DNA of 64,000 nt from Gemmatimonadales bacterium (GTDB lineage: Bacteria; Gemmatimonadota; Gemmatimonadetes; Gemmatimonadales; GWC2-71-9). Below the pieces are notes generated by a model that saw nothing but the letters and a program-made list of their open reading frames with translations, was not told the DNA's origin and made no database searches. A program made the position numbers and the translations under genes. The stretch spans positions 4,096 through 68,095 of the forward strand of contig DASSBA010000153.1 in NCBI GenBank assembly GCA_035699205.1, in the 5' to 3' direction. Every line of letters starts with the position of its first letter. Within the stretch, counting starts at the first letter, position 1. Shown piece by piece: positions 16,267-25,792 of the stretch.

Positions 16267-17294
16267 GCCGTCGGCACCATTGCCCGCCGGCCGTAGATGG
16301 CGTCGACCGCCGCGGCCAGCTCCACCAGCCGCTCGGCACCATCATCGTAGCCGGGGTGCCTGGCCAGCCGCCGTGCCCAGGCCACCGCTGCCCGGCCGCC
16401 CCACGCGTCCGGCGGCCGGGCGATCGTCGCCTCACTGGTGCCATGAGCGCATGTGGCCGTGAAGTCGAAGAACGAGCCGTCTACGTTCCGGAGCGCGGCG
16501 CTTCCCCGGGTCCCGAAGAACTCCGCGCCGATCACCGCGTCGCGGCCGGCCGACAGATTCCACGAGCAGGCCAGCCGTGCCACCGCGCCGCCCTCGAGGT
16601 CGAGCGTGGCCACCGCGTAGTCCTCGACCACGTCGGTCCGGCCGTCGAGCGGCATGCCGCCGGCGAAGAGCCGGGCGCTCGCCCCCGAGACGGCGGGATG
16701 GCCGAGCGTCCAGAGCGCGAGGTCTACCAGGTGGATGCCGAGATCGATCACACAGCCCCCGCCGGAGAGGGTCGGATCGTAGAACCACGGCTTGTCGGGG
16801 CCGTAGGCGTTGTGAAATACGAGCTCGGCGGCGAATACGTCGCCCAGCTCTCCGCTCGACACCAGCTCGCGCACGCGGCGCGCCGCTGCCACGTGACGAT
16901 AGGAGAGGTCGACGCCGAGCAGCCGGTCCGCGCCGCGCGCGGCCTCCACCACCCGGGCCGTCTCCTCCGCGGACCGCCCCAGCGGCTTCTGGCAGAACAC
17001 CGCCAGTCCCCGCTCGAGCGCCGCCACCGCCTGCTCCGCGTGGAGCGCGCTCGGGGTGGCGATGACGACGCCGTCCAGGCCCGCATCCAGCAGCTCATCC
17101 AGCGACCCCGTCACTCTGGCGTCGGGCGCGAGTGACCGCGCCGCATCCGCGCTGGCCGCCACCGGGTCGGCGATGGCGGCGATCTCGGCGGCGCCGCTCG
17201 CCGCCACCGCCTCCAGCCGGTGGCGGCCGATCCACCCCGTGCCAAGGAATCCGAGGCGCGGTGGGCGCACCGCGCGCGGCGTCGGGGCGCTCAC
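16263..17294 (-). CDS. Gfo/Idh/MocA family oxidoreductase
   Basis: GTG 17294 gives VSAPTPRAVRPPRLGFLGTGWIGRHRL (Rossmann GxGxxG). Also VVIATPSALHAEQAVAALERGLAVFCQKPL. GTGA overlap with the upstream stop. Confidence 0.85.
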   Translation of the reverse strand: MSAPTPRAVRPPRLGFLGTGWIGRHRLEAVAASGAAEIAAIADPVAASADAARSLAPDARVTGSLDELLDAGLDGVVIATPSALHAEQAVAALERGLAVFCQKPLGRSAEETARVVEAARGADRLLGVDLSYRHVAAARRVRELVSSGELGDVFAAELVFHNAYGPDKPWFYDPTLSGGGCVIDLGIHLVDLALWTLGHPAVSGASARLFAGGMPLDGRTDVVEDYAVATLDLEGGAVARLACSWNLSAGRDAVIGAEFFGTRGSAALRNVDGSFFDFTATCAHGTSEATIARPPDAWGGRAAVAWARRLARHPGYDDGAERLVELAAAVDAIYGRRAMVPTA

Positions 17295-18244
17295 GTGACG
17301 ACCAGTGCCTTGAGGAATCCGTCCGGACGCCGCCGCATCGTGTCCAGCGCCTCGCCGAGCCGCGCGAGCTCGAACCGGTGCGTGTACAGCGGGGCGGGAT
17401 CGAGGGTCCCGTCGGTCACCGCCTGGATCGCGCCCCGCATTCCGTCGAGTGCGATCCCCGGGTCGCGCTCGTGCGCGTTGATGACGTCGATGCCGCGCCA
17501 GTTCCACAGTTGCATGTTCACCTGCCGCGATCCGTCCTGGTGATAGCCCGCCACGATCAGCCGGCCGCGCACCCGGGTGAGCTGCCCGGCGAGGTCGAGC
17601 GGCTCCTGCAGCCCGACCGCCTCGATGACGCGGTCGGCGCCCGCCCCGCCGGTGAGCCGCTCGACCTCCTGCACGACCCGGCCATGGTCGGCCAGTAGCA
17701 GTACGATCTCGGCGCCCTGGCTGCGTGCGACCTCCAGAGCGAACGGCCTCCGCGAGACGGCAACGACGCGCGCGCCCGCACGGCTGGCCAGGCGGGTGAC
17801 GACGGCTCCGAGAAAACCGATTCCGATGACCACGACCGTGTCATCCGGACCGATCTCGGCGCGGCGGAACACGTTCATCGCGCAGCCGAGCGGCTCGCCG
17901 GGGACGGGCTGGCCGGCGAGCGCGGCGGGGAGCGGGACCACGGCGTCCGCCGCGGCGAGGTCGTACTCGGCGAAGGCCCGGGAGGAGAGCGCCGCGACCC
18001 GGTCGCCGAGCGCGAGGCCTTCGACGCCGGGGCCCAGGGCGTCGATCGTGCCCCACCCCTCGTGACCGGGCGCGCCGGCCTCGAGCGGATAATCGAACCA
18101 CGGGCGACCCTCCCACACCGGGAGATTGGAACCGCACACGCCGCAGCCCTCGAGCCGGAGCCGGATCTCGCCCCGACCGGGCCCGGGGAGGGCCATCCGG
18201 TCGATGCGCGCATTCCCCGGGCCGGTGATCACGCCGGCACGCAT
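17291..18244 (-). CDS. Zinc-dependent medium-chain dehydrogenase/reductase
   Basis: LEGCGVCGSNLPVWEG, GAPGHEGWG, and VVIGIGFLGAVVTRLA (the NAD fold). ATG 18244 (MRAGVITG) is preferred. The alternative start at 18334 would overlap the upstream gene by 56 nt. Confidence 0.8.
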   Translation of the reverse strand: MRAGVITGPGNARIDRMALPGPGRGEIRLRLEGCGVCGSNLPVWEGRPWFDYPLEAGAPGHEGWGTIDALGPGVEGLALGDRVAALSSRAFAEYDLAAADAVVPLPAALAGQPVPGEPLGCAMNVFRRAEIGPDDTVVVIGIGFLGAVVTRLASRAGARVVAVSRRPFALEVARSQGAEIVLLLADHGRVVQEVERLTGGAGADRVIEAVGLQEPLDLAGQLTRVRGRLIVAGYHQDGSRQVNMQLWNWRGIDVINAHERDPGIALDGMRGAIQAVTDGTLDPAPLYTHRFELARLGEALDTMRRRPDGFLKALVVT

Positions 18245-18278
18245 GGTGGCCACGCCGGGCTCGGCGGCGGCCCGCACC

Positions 18279-19337
18279 TCAGCGGCCCGCACCGGTCCCG
18301 TCACCGGCCAGCGCCGGGAGCCGCCCGGCTTCATGGAGCCACCCCGCCAGCCGGGTGAGCCCCTCGTGCAGGCCCACCGACGGCCGCCACCCGGTGGCCC
18401 GGGCGAACTTGCCGGTGTCGCTCACGTACCAGCGCTGGTCACCGACCCGCCACCGGTCGTACGCCACCTCCGGCGGTCGGTCGTTGAGCTCGCCGATCTC
18501 CTGGAGCAGCCCGAGCAGGCTGATCGCGTTGTCCGGCCCACCACCGATATTGAACACCTCGCCCGACTCGACAGACATGTGCCGCTGGGCCAGCAGCAGC
18601 GCGTCCACCAGATCCTCCACGAACAGGACATCGCGCACCTGTCGGCCGTCGCCATACAGGGTGATCGGCTTGCCCTCGAGGGCGCGGATCAGGAAATGCG
18701 CGACCCAGCCCTGGTCCTCGGTCCCGTGCTGATGCGGTCCGTAGATGCAGCTCATCCGGAACACGATCGTGGGAAGACCGTAGCTCCGCGCGTAGTCGCG
18801 CACGTACTGGTCCGCGCAGCCTTTCGAGCAGCCGTACGGGCTGTGGAAGTCGAGCGGGCGCAGCTCGCTCACCCCGCGACCGGCCACCGCGGGCTCCACC
18901 GGTTCGTAGGTCAGCGTCCGCCGCCGGAGCGCCACGTCCTCCAGCGCGCCGTACACCTTGTTGGTGGAGGTGTAGACGAGCGGCGGCGGCACGCGCTGGG
19001 CACGGATCGCCTCCAGCAGGATCAGCGTGCCGTGGGCGTTGACCTCGAAGTCGTCCAGGGGATCGCCGAGACTGGTCGTTACCGCGACCTGCGCGGCGAA
19101 GTGGAACACCTCGCCGGCCTGGTGAACGGCGCGCCGCACCGCGTCGGCGTCGCGCGTGTCCGCCACCTCGACCGCCAGCCGGCTGCCGTGCAGGTCCCGC
19201 AGCCAGCGCAGGTTCCGCTCGACGCCCGGGCGGGCGAGGCTGTCGAGCACGAGCACCGGCCGGCCGCTGGAGAGCAGCCGATGCGCGAGGTTGGTGCCGA
19301 TGAACCCGGCGCCCCCGGTAATGAGGACCGGCTTCAT
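18279..19337 (-). CDS. NAD-dependent epimerase/dehydratase (CDP-paratose 2-epimerase-like)
   Basis: Internal ATG 19337 gives MKPVLITGGAGFIGTNLAHRLL. Also YGCSKGCADQY (the YxxxK catalytic motif). ATGA overlap with the upstream stop. Confidence 0.85.
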   Translation of the reverse strand: MKPVLITGGAGFIGTNLAHRLLSSGRPVLVLDSLARPGVERNLRWLRDLHGSRLAVEVADTRDADAVRRAVHQAGEVFHFAAQVAVTTSLGDPLDDFEVNAHGTLILLEAIRAQRVPPPLVYTSTNKVYGALEDVALRRRTLTYEPVEPAVAGRGVSELRPLDFHSPYGCSKGCADQYVRDYARSYGLPTIVFRMSCIYGPHQHGTEDQGWVAHFLIRALEGKPITLYGDGRQVRDVLFVEDLVDALLLAQRHMSVESGEVFNIGGGPDNAISLLGLLQEIGELNDRPPEVAYDRWRVGDQRWYVSDTGKFARATGWRPSVGLHEGLTRLAGWLHEAGRLPALAGDGTGAGR

Positions 19338-20452
19338 ACGGTGAGTCCCCGCGCGGCCAGCTCCGCGCCCGCTTCCTCCGCACGGTCGATCGCCTCCTGC
19401 GTCTTCAGCCAGTCCGCCAGCTCGGCGAGGCCGGCGTCCAGCGCCACGGTCGGCTCGTAGCCGAGCACCGTCCGGGCGCGGGTGATGTCGGCGAAGCAGT
19501 GGCGGATATCGCCCACGCGGTACTTGCACGTGACTTCGGGGCGAAGCTCCGGTCGCCCGGTGGCGGCCGCCACCCGCTCGGCGATCTCCCGGATCGAGAA
19601 CGAGCGGCCGCCGCCCACGTTCAGCACCATGTCCGCCGACTGCGGCCGCTCGATGGCCAGCCGGCACGCCGCGGCCACGTCCACCACGCTCACGAAGTCA
19701 CGCCGTTGCAGGCCATCTTCGTACACCATGGGCGTGTTTCCGTTGAGCAGCCGCGCCGCGAAGATGGCGAGCACTCCCGTGTAGGGGTTCGAGAGCGCCT
19801 GCCGGGGACCGTACACGTTGAAGAAGCGGAGCGCCGTGGTCGGAACGCCGTACGCGCGTCCGACCATGAGACACATCCGCTCCTGGTCGTATTTCGACAA
19901 CGCGTACACCGAGGCCAGCGACGCCGGCTTGGTCTCCGGGGTCGGCACCGGGAGGAGCGGCTCGCCTTCGGGGCCGCGGAGCTCCCATTCACCCGCCTTC
20001 AACTGCGCCAGCGACCGCTCCTCGGCCGTGCAGAGCGCGCCGTCCACCCGCCGGTACAGCCCCTCCCCGTACACGCTCATGCTGGACGCCACGATCAGCC
20101 GCGCCACCGGCCGCGCGCTCAGCGCCTCCAGCAGCACCGCGGTGCCCAGATTGTTCACGGCCGTGTAGTGCGCGATCTCGTACATGCTCTGCCCGACGCC
20201 GACGGCGGCGGCAAGGTGGACCACCACGTCCACCCCGGCCAGCGCGCGGCGGACGGCCTCGGGGTCCCGCACATCCCCCACGATCAGCTGGACATCGGGA
20301 TCGAGATACTCAGGGCGGCGCCCCTCCTCCCCGTGCACCTGCGCGGCGAGGCTGTCCAGCGCCCGCACGCGGTGGCCGCGGGCCAGCAGCGCATCCGCCA
20401 GGTGAGACCCGATGAAACCCGCGCCGCCGGTGATGAGGATGTGACTGCCCAT
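19334..20452 (-). CDS. NAD-dependent epimerase/dehydratase (UDP-glucose 4-epimerase-like)
   Basis: Internal ATG 20452 gives MGSHILITGGAGFIGSHLADALL. Also YALSKYDQE (YxxxK). Confidence 0.85.
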   Translation of the reverse strand: MGSHILITGGAGFIGSHLADALLARGHRVRALDSLAAQVHGEEGRRPEYLDPDVQLIVGDVRDPEAVRRALAGVDVVVHLAAAVGVGQSMYEIAHYTAVNNLGTAVLLEALSARPVARLIVASSMSVYGEGLYRRVDGALCTAEERSLAQLKAGEWELRGPEGEPLLPVPTPETKPASLASVYALSKYDQERMCLMVGRAYGVPTTALRFFNVYGPRQALSNPYTGVLAIFAARLLNGNTPMVYEDGLQRRDFVSVVDVAAACRLAIERPQSADMVLNVGGGRSFSIREIAERVAAATGRPELRPEVTCKYRVGDIRHCFADITRARTVLGYEPTVALDAGLAELADWLKTQEAIDRAEEAGAELAARGLTV

Positions 20453-20466
20453 GGAGGGCTCCCCTG

Positions 20467-20756
20467 CTAGAATCCCTGGTGATCGGTCCAGTTGCCCGCC
20501 CGGCAGGGGATCTCCGGCTCTCGCCCGCAGCAGGCGGCGATCTCCTCGGCCAATTGGCGGATCGAGAACTCGTCGGGGTTGCCGAGATTGACCGGGTCGT
20601 GCAGCGCGTCGGCGTCCATCAGCCGGACCAGCCCCTCGACGAGGTCGTCCAGCTGGAACGGCGGGTAGTCCAGCAGGTGCCGGAGGTTCTCCCGGCCAGA
20701 CGCTCGCAAAGATGCGAACCTGTGAAGCCCGCCCCACCCGTCACCAGAACCTTCAT
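20467..20756 (-). pseudogene. Remnant of a UDP-glucuronate decarboxylase (UXS)-like SDR gene with a large internal deletion plus frameshift
   Basis: ATG at 20756 reads MKVLVTGGAGFTGSHLCERL. A different frame (ORF 20467..20775) then continues GRENLRHLLDYPPFQL followed directly by DDLVEGLVRLMDAD..PVNLGNPDEFSIRQLAEEI. This joins the N-terminal roughly 50 aa and the C-terminal roughly 60 aa of a protein that is normally about 310 aa. Confidence 0.6.
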
Positions 20757-20858
20757 TGCCTTCATTCGCTGTCACCGCGCTGACGATTGTAGCCCGCCGC
20801 CCGGCCCGGCACCGTCGCGATGGGTAAGTTCGCTCGCAGTGTGCCGACCGAGGTACTT

Positions 20859-20875
20859 ACCTGTCTGTGACAGGT
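20859..20875. promoter_or_regulatory. Perfect 7-3-7 palindrome ACCTGTC-TGT-GACAGGT in a divergent intergenic region (candidate operator or hairpin)
   Basis: Read directly. It is flanked by a second inverted pair, GGTAAGT (20823-20829) and ACTTACC (20854-20860). Confidence 0.25.
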
Positions 20876-20981
20876 CTCACGCAGGGGGTATGGACGGAAC
20901 GGCCTGATCAGCGGCGTCGCAGCCTCGCGGCGGCGGGGCGGGGTTCACGGCACTCTCTGCGTTCGATGCTAGGTTTGCACC

Positions 20982-21914
20982 ATGCTCAATTTGGCCCATC
21001 TGCGACAAGTTCTTGCGGTGAGGGGGCTCACGCCGGCGAGCGTGGTCCCCGAATCGAGCGGAGGACGCGTCGAGGAAGCCCGCGTCCGCCCGGCCCACCT
21101 GGAGGAGGACTCGGCGCTGGCCTGGCACGCCGTGGGGGCGCCGGAGCCCTGGCCGGGTACGCTCGCCTTCCTCGACGGCGTCCAGACATCGGTGCTCCTG
21201 GCCTATGCCGGCTCCGCACCGATCGTGGTCGGGGAGGTGGCCGCCGCCGTGCGGGAGCGCTGTGACCGCGGCCTGGTGACGGTGCTGGCCGAGCGGCGCG
21301 TGCTCGCGATCGGCCGGCCGGCGGCACTCGCCGCGGCCGGCGATCTGCCCGCCGACTTCCGCACGGTGGCCCTGCCGGTGGACGAGCCGCCACACCCCGT
21401 CCGCGATCTGGCCAACGTTGCCCGCGCGCTCGACCAGGCGCGCGGCGCGCTCGAGCGGTCGGTGGGCGACCAGTACCGGCGCCGGTCGGACGGCTGGCTG
21501 GTGATCGACGGTTCACTGACCGAAAGTCCGGCTTGGGCGGCCGACCCGCGCATGGTGGGGATCTCGAAGAGCCATGCCACCCTGCCGTTCGAGGGGCCGG
21601 ACCTCGATCGCTACCTTCGGCTGCCCTGCGGGCACCGCTCGTCCATCTACGCGCCCGAGACCCGCAGCCTGACGCCCGTCCGCCAATGGGCGCTCCGGCT
21701 GTGGCCGTGGGAGGGGAAAGACGTCTTTCACGGACTGGTCCGGGTCGACGTCGCGCCGGCCAACGGCCAGCCGGAAATGGCCGACCTGCTCTCACGCCGC
21801 CTGCTCGCGGAGCGTGCGCCGCTCAGCACTCCTGACCACCGGTGGGATCGGCTGCTGTACGGGATCCACTCCGTCGAGACCTACCTTCGGGCCGGAGGGC
21901 GTTCGTTCGGCTGA
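20982..21914 (+). CDS. nurA: NurA-like nuclease domain protein
   Basis: 310 aa with LAFLDGVQ near the N-terminus, WLVIDGSLTES and MVGISKSH. These match the DGS and SK-type motifs I associate with NurA. Assignment rests on motif memory only. Confidence 0.5.
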   Translation: MLNLAHLRQVLAVRGLTPASVVPESSGGRVEEARVRPAHLEEDSALAWHAVGAPEPWPGTLAFLDGVQTSVLLAYAGSAPIVVGEVAAAVRERCDRGLVTVLAERRVLAIGRPAALAAAGDLPADFRTVALPVDEPPHPVRDLANVARALDQARGALERSVGDQYRRRSDGWLVIDGSLTESPAWAADPRMVGISKSHATLPFEGPDLDRYLRLPCGHRSSIYAPETRSLTPVRQWALRLWPWEGKDVFHGLVRVDVAPANGQPEMADLLSRRLLAERAPLSTPDHRWDRLLYGIHSVETYLRAGGRSFG

Positions 21915-21958
21915 CCAGGACAGGGCAGGGCGCAGCCTGCCGGCGCCGAGCGGCGGTT

Positions 21959-23017
21959 TCATCCGGCGAACACCCGCACATGGGCCGCGGAGACGTATAC
22001 CCGCCCGCCCCGGGCCAGTGCCAGGCGTTCGAACCGGTCCCGTGGAATGTGGGCCTCGATCGTCCTCCCGTCCTGGACGAGGTCGAGCTCGAGCCGGACC
22101 ACCGGTCCGAAGGCGCGCACGTGACGGATCCGCGCTTCCAGCGACGAGTTGCCGTTGGGAGACGGCGCGAGCTCCACGTCGTACGTGCGCACATAGGCGA
22201 TCCCGGCCTGGTCCCGCGCGTCCGCCCACTCCGGGGCGTCCAGCTCGCTCTCCCCGATGCGCACCCGGCCGCGGTGGATGCGGCCGTGGAACAGGTTCAC
22301 GTCGCCCAGGAACCCGTACACGAACGACGTGGCCGGGCGCTCGTACACTTCCTCCGGCGTTCCGCTCTGCTCGACCCGCCCCTCGTTCATGATCACGACC
22401 CGGTCGGAGACCTCCAGCGCTTCCTCCTGGTCGTGGGTAACGAACACAGTGGTGACGTGGACCTCCTCGTGCAGCCGGCGGAGCCAGCGGCGGAGCTCCT
22501 TCCGCACCTTGGCGTCCAGCGCCCCGAACGGCTCGTCGAGCAGGAGGACCCGGGGCTTGACCGCGAGGGCCCGGGCGAGCGCCACCCGCTGGCGCTGGCC
22601 GCCGGAGAGCTCCGACGGCCGCCGCCCGGCCAGCACGTCGAGCTGGACCAGGTGGAGGAGGCCCAGCACCGTCTCGCGGATCTCCGCCTCGGCCGGCCGC
22701 AGGTGCCGGGGCCGGACCCGGAGGCCGAAGGCGACGTTCTCGAACACGCTCATGTGCCGGAACAGCGCGTAGTGCTGGAACACGAACCCGACCTGGCGCT
22801 CGCGGACCGGCTGGGCGGTCGCGTCTTCGCCGTGGAAGCGGATGGTCCCGTGGTCCGCCGGCTCCAGGCCGGCGATGATCCGGAGCAGCGTGGTCTTCCC
22901 CGAGCCCGACGGACCGAGCAGTGCCACCAGCTCGCCGCCGGGGACCTCGAGGCTCACGTCATCCAGCGCGACGAAGCCGCCGAACGCCTTGCGCAGGTTG
23001 CGGACCTCGATACTCAT
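21959..23017 (-). CDS. cysA: Sulfate/thiosulfate ABC transporter ATP-binding protein
   Basis: Internal ATG 23017 gives [15 protein letters not shown]. Also [35 protein letters not shown], and a C-terminal TOBE-like tail. ATGA overlap with cysW. Confidence 0.9.
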   Translation of the reverse strand: MSIEVRNLRKAFGGFVALDDVSLEVPGGELVALLGPSGSGKTTLLRIIAGLEPADHGTIRFHGEDATAQPVRERQVGFVFQHYALFRHMSVFENVAFGLRVRPRHLRPAEAEIRETVLGLLHLVQLDVLAGRRPSELSGGQRQRVALARALAVKPRVLLLDEPFGALDAKVRKELRRWLRRLHEEVHVTTVFVTHDQEEALEVSDRVVIMNEGRVEQSGTPEEVYERPATSFVYGFLGDVNLFHGRIHRGRVRIGESELDAPEWADARDQAGIAYVRTYDVELAPSPNGNSSLEARIRHVRAFGPVVRLELDLVQDGRTIEAHIPRDRFERLALARGGRVYVSAAHVRVFAG

Positions 23018-23874
23018 GCCGCGATCCTTTCGAGAGAGGAGTCGGTGCCGGGCTGCTCGGTCGGCATCCGCCGCTGCTGCCACTCGACCGCCGTCTTGAG
23101 GGCCAGGGTCACCAGCGCGAGCAGCGTGAGCACGGACGCCACCGCGAAGCTGGCGGCGAAGGCGTACTCGTTGTACAGGATCTCCACGTGCAGCGGCAGC
23201 GTATTGGTCTCGCCCCGGATGTGGCCGGAGACCACCGACACCGCGCCGAACTCGCCCATCGCCCGGGCGTTGCAGAGAATGAGGCCGTACAGCAGACCCC
23301 ATTTGATGTTGGGCAGGGTGACCCGCCGAAACGTCTGCCAGCCGTTCGCCCCCAGCACGATGGCCGCCTCTTCCTCCTCGCTGCCCTGCTCCTGCATCAG
23401 CGGGATGAGCTCGCGCGCGATGAAGGGGGCGGTCACGAACGTCGTCGCGAGTACCATTCCGGGTACGGCGAAGATGATCCTGATGTCGTGTTCGAGCAGC
23501 CACGGCCCGAGCCAGCCGTGCGCGCCGAAGAGCAGCACGAAGATCATCCCCGCGATCACCGGCGACACCGCGAATGGCAGGTCGATGAGGGTGACCAGAA
23601 GATTCCTGCCCGGGAAGTCGAACTTGGAAATGCACCAGGCCGCGGCGACGCCGAAGACCAGGTTGATCGGCACCGCGATGCCGGCGATCAGCAGCGTCAG
23701 CCTTGCGGCACTCAGGGCGTCGGGTTCGGTGATCGCGGTCCAGTACGCAGCCAGGCCTTTGGAGCAGGCCTGGTGGAAGACCAGCGCCAGCGGAAGCGCC
23801 AGGGTGAGCGCGAGGAACACCAGCGCGAGGGCGGTCAGGGACCAGCGCACCGCCCGGGACTCGCCGGTCGCCAT
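23014..23874 (-). CDS. cysW: Sulfate ABC transporter permease
   Basis: 286 aa, polytopic, with the EAA-type loop [27 protein letters not shown]. Adjacent to cysT and cysA. Confidence 0.88.
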   Translation of the reverse strand: MATGESRAVRWSLTALALVFLALTLALPLALVFHQACSKGLAAYWTAITEPDALSAARLTLLIAGIAVPINLVFGVAAAWCISKFDFPGRNLLVTLIDLPFAVSPVIAGMIFVLLFGAHGWLGPWLLEHDIRIIFAVPGMVLATTFVTAPFIARELIPLMQEQGSEEEEAAIVLGANGWQTFRRVTLPNIKWGLLYGLILCNARAMGEFGAVSVVSGHIRGETNTLPLHVEILYNEYAFAASFAVASVLTLLALVTLALKTAVEWQQRRMPTEQPGTDSSLERIAA

Positions 23875-23877
23875 GGC

Positions 23878-24705
23878 TCAGGCCTCCGTGCGGCGCCGCG
23901 CCGCCCCTTGCAGCAGGTTGATCGAGAGCAGCAGCACGAACGACGCGACCAGCATCACCACGGCCACAGCGGTGGCGCCGGCATAGTCGAACTGCTCGAG
24001 TTTGGTGATGATCAGCAGCGGCGCGATCTCGGTCTGCATCGGCATGTTGCCGGCGATGAAGACCACCGACCCGTACTCCCCGATCGCGCGGGCAAACGCC
24101 AGCGCGAATCCGGTGAGCAGTGCCGGCGCCACGGTCGGGAACACCACCCGCGAGAACGTCTGCCAGCGTCCCGCGCCGAGGCTGGCGGCAGCTTCCTCGA
24201 CCTCGAGCTCGAGGTCGTCCAGCACCGGCTGCACGGTCCGCACGACGAACGGCAGGCCGATGAAGACCAGCGCCACGGTGATGCCAAGCCAGGTGTAGGC
24301 TACCTTGACGCCGAACGGCTCGAGGTAGCCCCCGATCCAGCCGTTGGGCGCGTACAGGGTGGTCAGCGCGATGCCGGCCACTGCCGTGGGCAGGGCGAAC
24401 GGGAGGTCCACCATGGCGTCGACCAGGCGCCGTCCGGGGAACCGGTACCGGACCAGCACCCAGGCCACGAGCAGGCCGAAGACCGTGTTCACCACCGCGG
24501 CCAGAAAGGACGCCCCGAACGTCACCCGGTAGGAGGCCACGACACGTGGGTTCGTGACGATGGCCCAGAAGCCGGCCCAGGTGAGCTCGGCCGACCGCGT
24601 GAACACGGTCGCGAGCGGCAGCAGCACCAGGAGGCTCAGGTAGGTACCGGTGATTCCCAGGGAGAGGCCGAACCCCGGAAGCACCCTCCGCGCCGCGCGT
24701 CGCAT
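23878..24705 (-). CDS. cysT: Sulfate ABC transporter permease
   Basis: Contains [26 protein letters not shown] 24705 ([14 protein letters not shown]) is preferred and lies 1 nt downstream of the sbp stop codon. Confidence 0.88.
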   Translation of the reverse strand: MRRAARRVLPGFGLSLGITGTYLSLLVLLPLATVFTRSAELTWAGFWAIVTNPRVVASYRVTFGASFLAAVVNTVFGLLVAWVLVRYRFPGRRLVDAMVDLPFALPTAVAGIALTTLYAPNGWIGGYLEPFGVKVAYTWLGITVALVFIGLPFVVRTVQPVLDDLELEVEEAAASLGAGRWQTFSRVVFPTVAPALLTGFALAFARAIGEYGSVVFIAGNMPMQTEIAPLLIITKLEQFDYAGATAVAVVMLVASFVLLLSINLLQGAARRRTEA

Positions 24706-24706
24706 G

Positions 24707-25735
24707 TCAGCGCCCCGGCTGGTAGATCTGATCGAACGTCGCACCATCGGCGAAGTGGGCGGCGTTCGCCTGCTTCCATCCGCCGAACACCTCGTCCACG
24801 GTGACCAGGGAGACTTCGGGAAACTGGCTCGCGTACTTCGCGGCCACGGATGCCAGGCGCGGACGGTAGAAATGTCTCGCCGCGATTTCCTGTCCGGCCG
24901 GCGTGTACAGATACTCGAGGTAGGCCCGGGCCACCGCCTTCGTTCCGCGCTTCGACGCGACCTTGTCCACCACCGCCACCGGCGGCTCCGCCAGGATGCT
25001 GAGCGACGGGGCGACGATCTCGAATTTGCCCGGCCCCAGTTCCTCGATGGCGAGCAGCGCCTCGTTTTCCCAGGCGATCAGCACGTCCCCGATGCCCCGC
25101 TCCACGAAGGTGGTCGTGGCGCCGCGGGCGCCGGCATCGAGCACCGGGACGTTCCGGTAGAGTTTGGTGACGAACGCCTTGGCTGACGCGTCGTTCCCGC
25201 CCGGCTGCCGCAGCGCCCAGGCCCAGGCCGCCAGGTAGTTCCAGCGCGCCCCGCCGGAGGTCTTCGGATTCGGCGTGACCACCGATACCCCGGGCTTCGC
25301 CAGGTCGCCCCAGTCCTTGATGCGCTTGGGGTTTCCCTTCCGGACCAGCAGCACCATCGTCGAGGTGTAGGGCGAGCTGTTGTCGGGCAGGCGGCTCTGC
25401 CAGTCGGCCGGCAGCAGCCCGCCCTGCTCGGCGATCTGGTCGATGTCGTACGCCAGCGCCAGGGTGACCACGTCGGCCTGGAGGCCGTCGATGACCGATC
25501 GCGCCTGCTTGCCCGAGCCGCCGTGCGACTGCCGGATGGTCACCGCCTGGCCGGTCCGCTGCTTCCAGTACGCGGCGAAGTGCTGATTGAAGTCCTCGTA
25601 CAGCTCCCGCGTCGGATCGTACGACACGTTGAGCAGGGTGACGGGCTTGGCGGTGCTCTGGGCCGCGCCGGTACCGGTACTCAGCGCGAGCGCGAGCAGG
25701 GCGAGCGAGCCGGGGATCTCGAGTCGGGTGCGCAT
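24707..25735 (-). CDS. sbp: Periplasmic sulfate-binding protein
   Basis: Signal peptide [26 protein letters not shown], then [13 protein letters not shown] and [33 protein letters not shown], typical of Sbp/CysP. Confidence 0.88.
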   Translation of the reverse strand: MRTRLEIPGSLALLALALSTGTGAAQSTAKPVTLLNVSYDPTRELYEDFNQHFAAYWKQRTGQAVTIRQSHGGSGKQARSVIDGLQADVVTLALAYDIDQIAEQGGLLPADWQSRLPDNSSPYTSTMVLLVRKGNPKRIKDWGDLAKPGVSVVTPNPKTSGGARWNYLAAWAWALRQPGGNDASAKAFVTKLYRNVPVLDAGARGATTTFVERGIGDVLIAWENEALLAIEELGPGKFEIVAPSLSILAEPPVAVVDKVASKRGTKAVARAYLEYLYTPAGQEIAARHFYRPRLASVAAKYASQFPEVSLVTVDEVFGGWKQANAAHFADGATFDQIYQPGR

Positions 25736-25792
25736 GTCGTCAGCGTGCCTCACTATGGAGTTCGAAGCCGGGAGCTCGGAATCGCGGCGAGT

